A stretch of 64,000 nucleotides of DNA from Myxococcota bacterium (lineage in GTDB: Bacteria > Myxococcota_A > Polyangia > Nannocystales > Nannocystaceae). Positions 63,644-64,000 of this stretch are shown here, piece after piece (position 1 is the first letter of the stretch; each line of letters opens with the position of its first letter). The stretch lies in contig JBCCHT010000003.1 in NCBI GenBank assembly GCA_039028615.1, forward strand, positions 160,001 to 224,000, given 5' to 3'. Under the pieces are notes generated by a model, which saw nothing but the letters and a program-made list of their open reading frames with translations, ran no database searches and was not told the DNA's origin. Both the position numbers and the translations under genes were made by a program.

Positions 63644-64000
63644 TCGCGGCCCCAGCGAGCGACTTTACCGAGCTGGTCCTCCACTGCCTGGCGCACCTCC
63701 GGTCGCCCGGGCCGGAGGACGTCTTCGATGCTGGTTATGTGGAGTGGGTGGGTCACCACGCGCCGACGGCCCACCTCGCGGCATTGGATGTGGGTCTCGG
63801 TCGACTCCAGCGTCATTGGAGCACGGGAAAGGTGCCCGTGGTGGTCCAGGCCTGGCCCGAGCTGTTCCCCACGATTGCGGCCTTTCGCGAGGTCGGGCCA
63901 GGGCCGCTGAAGTCGTTGGCCCCCTCGCAAGTCGCCGGGGCGTCGGTCTTGGGCTGGCTGCAGCGCGCCGACGAGACGATCGTGGAGTCCGTGCACGCGA
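63640..64000 (+). CDS. Hypothetical protein (truncated by window end)
   Basis: GTG overlaps the previous stop (GTGA); open to the edge: MIAAPASDFTELVLHCLAHL...WPELF. Confidence 0.6.
   Translation, partial: MIAAPASDFTELVLHCLAHLRSPGPEDVFDAGYVEWVGHHAPTAHLAALDVGLGRLQRHWSTGKVPVVVQAWPELFPTIAAFREVGPGPLKSLAPSQVAGASVLGWLQRADETIVESVHA

Noticed and set aside
1..64000. Mobile elements, prophage, tRNA/rRNA, defence systems, PKS/NRPS
   Set aside because: No transposase, integrase, phage, structural RNA or megasynthase signatures recognised

Overview
High-GC, gene-dense window with clear myxobacterial hallmarks (MYXO-CTERM protease, Cys-rich lipoproteins, five Hanks-type Ser/Thr kinases, FHA and PEGA/TPR proteins), most like Nannocystaceae (inference). 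About 51 CDS; no rRNA, tRNA, CRISPR or mobile element recognised. Recognisable functions: a complete hydroxyproline catabolic operon with an XRE-cupin regulator and palindromic operator (13.3-19.9 kb), fatty-acid desaturase, K+ channel, Mini-III RNase, steroid 5-alpha-reductase, a divergent pyrB, an OmpR/HAMP two-component pair, an FHA-sigma54 activator and two paralogous ECF sigma factors. The most striking unexplained signal is a ~1 kb gene-free gap (31.12-32.11 kb) holding an upstream palindrome, a sigma54 -24/-12 promoter, a ~575 nt pyrimidine-rich segment with many CUUGGCUU/UUAG motifs, and a perfect 15-bp terminator hairpin, which suggests a protein-sponge ncRNA. Other leads: a second sigma54-type sRNA candidate with a C-rich anti-SD loop (37.92-38.07 kb), a shared ECF-like promoter motif before secreted lipoproteins, two kinases ending in an identical DDLEF tail around a TPR-PEGA gene, and a PxPCL-repeat lipoprotein at the right edge. 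All calls are from motif reading only; many start codons were re-chosen by eye.
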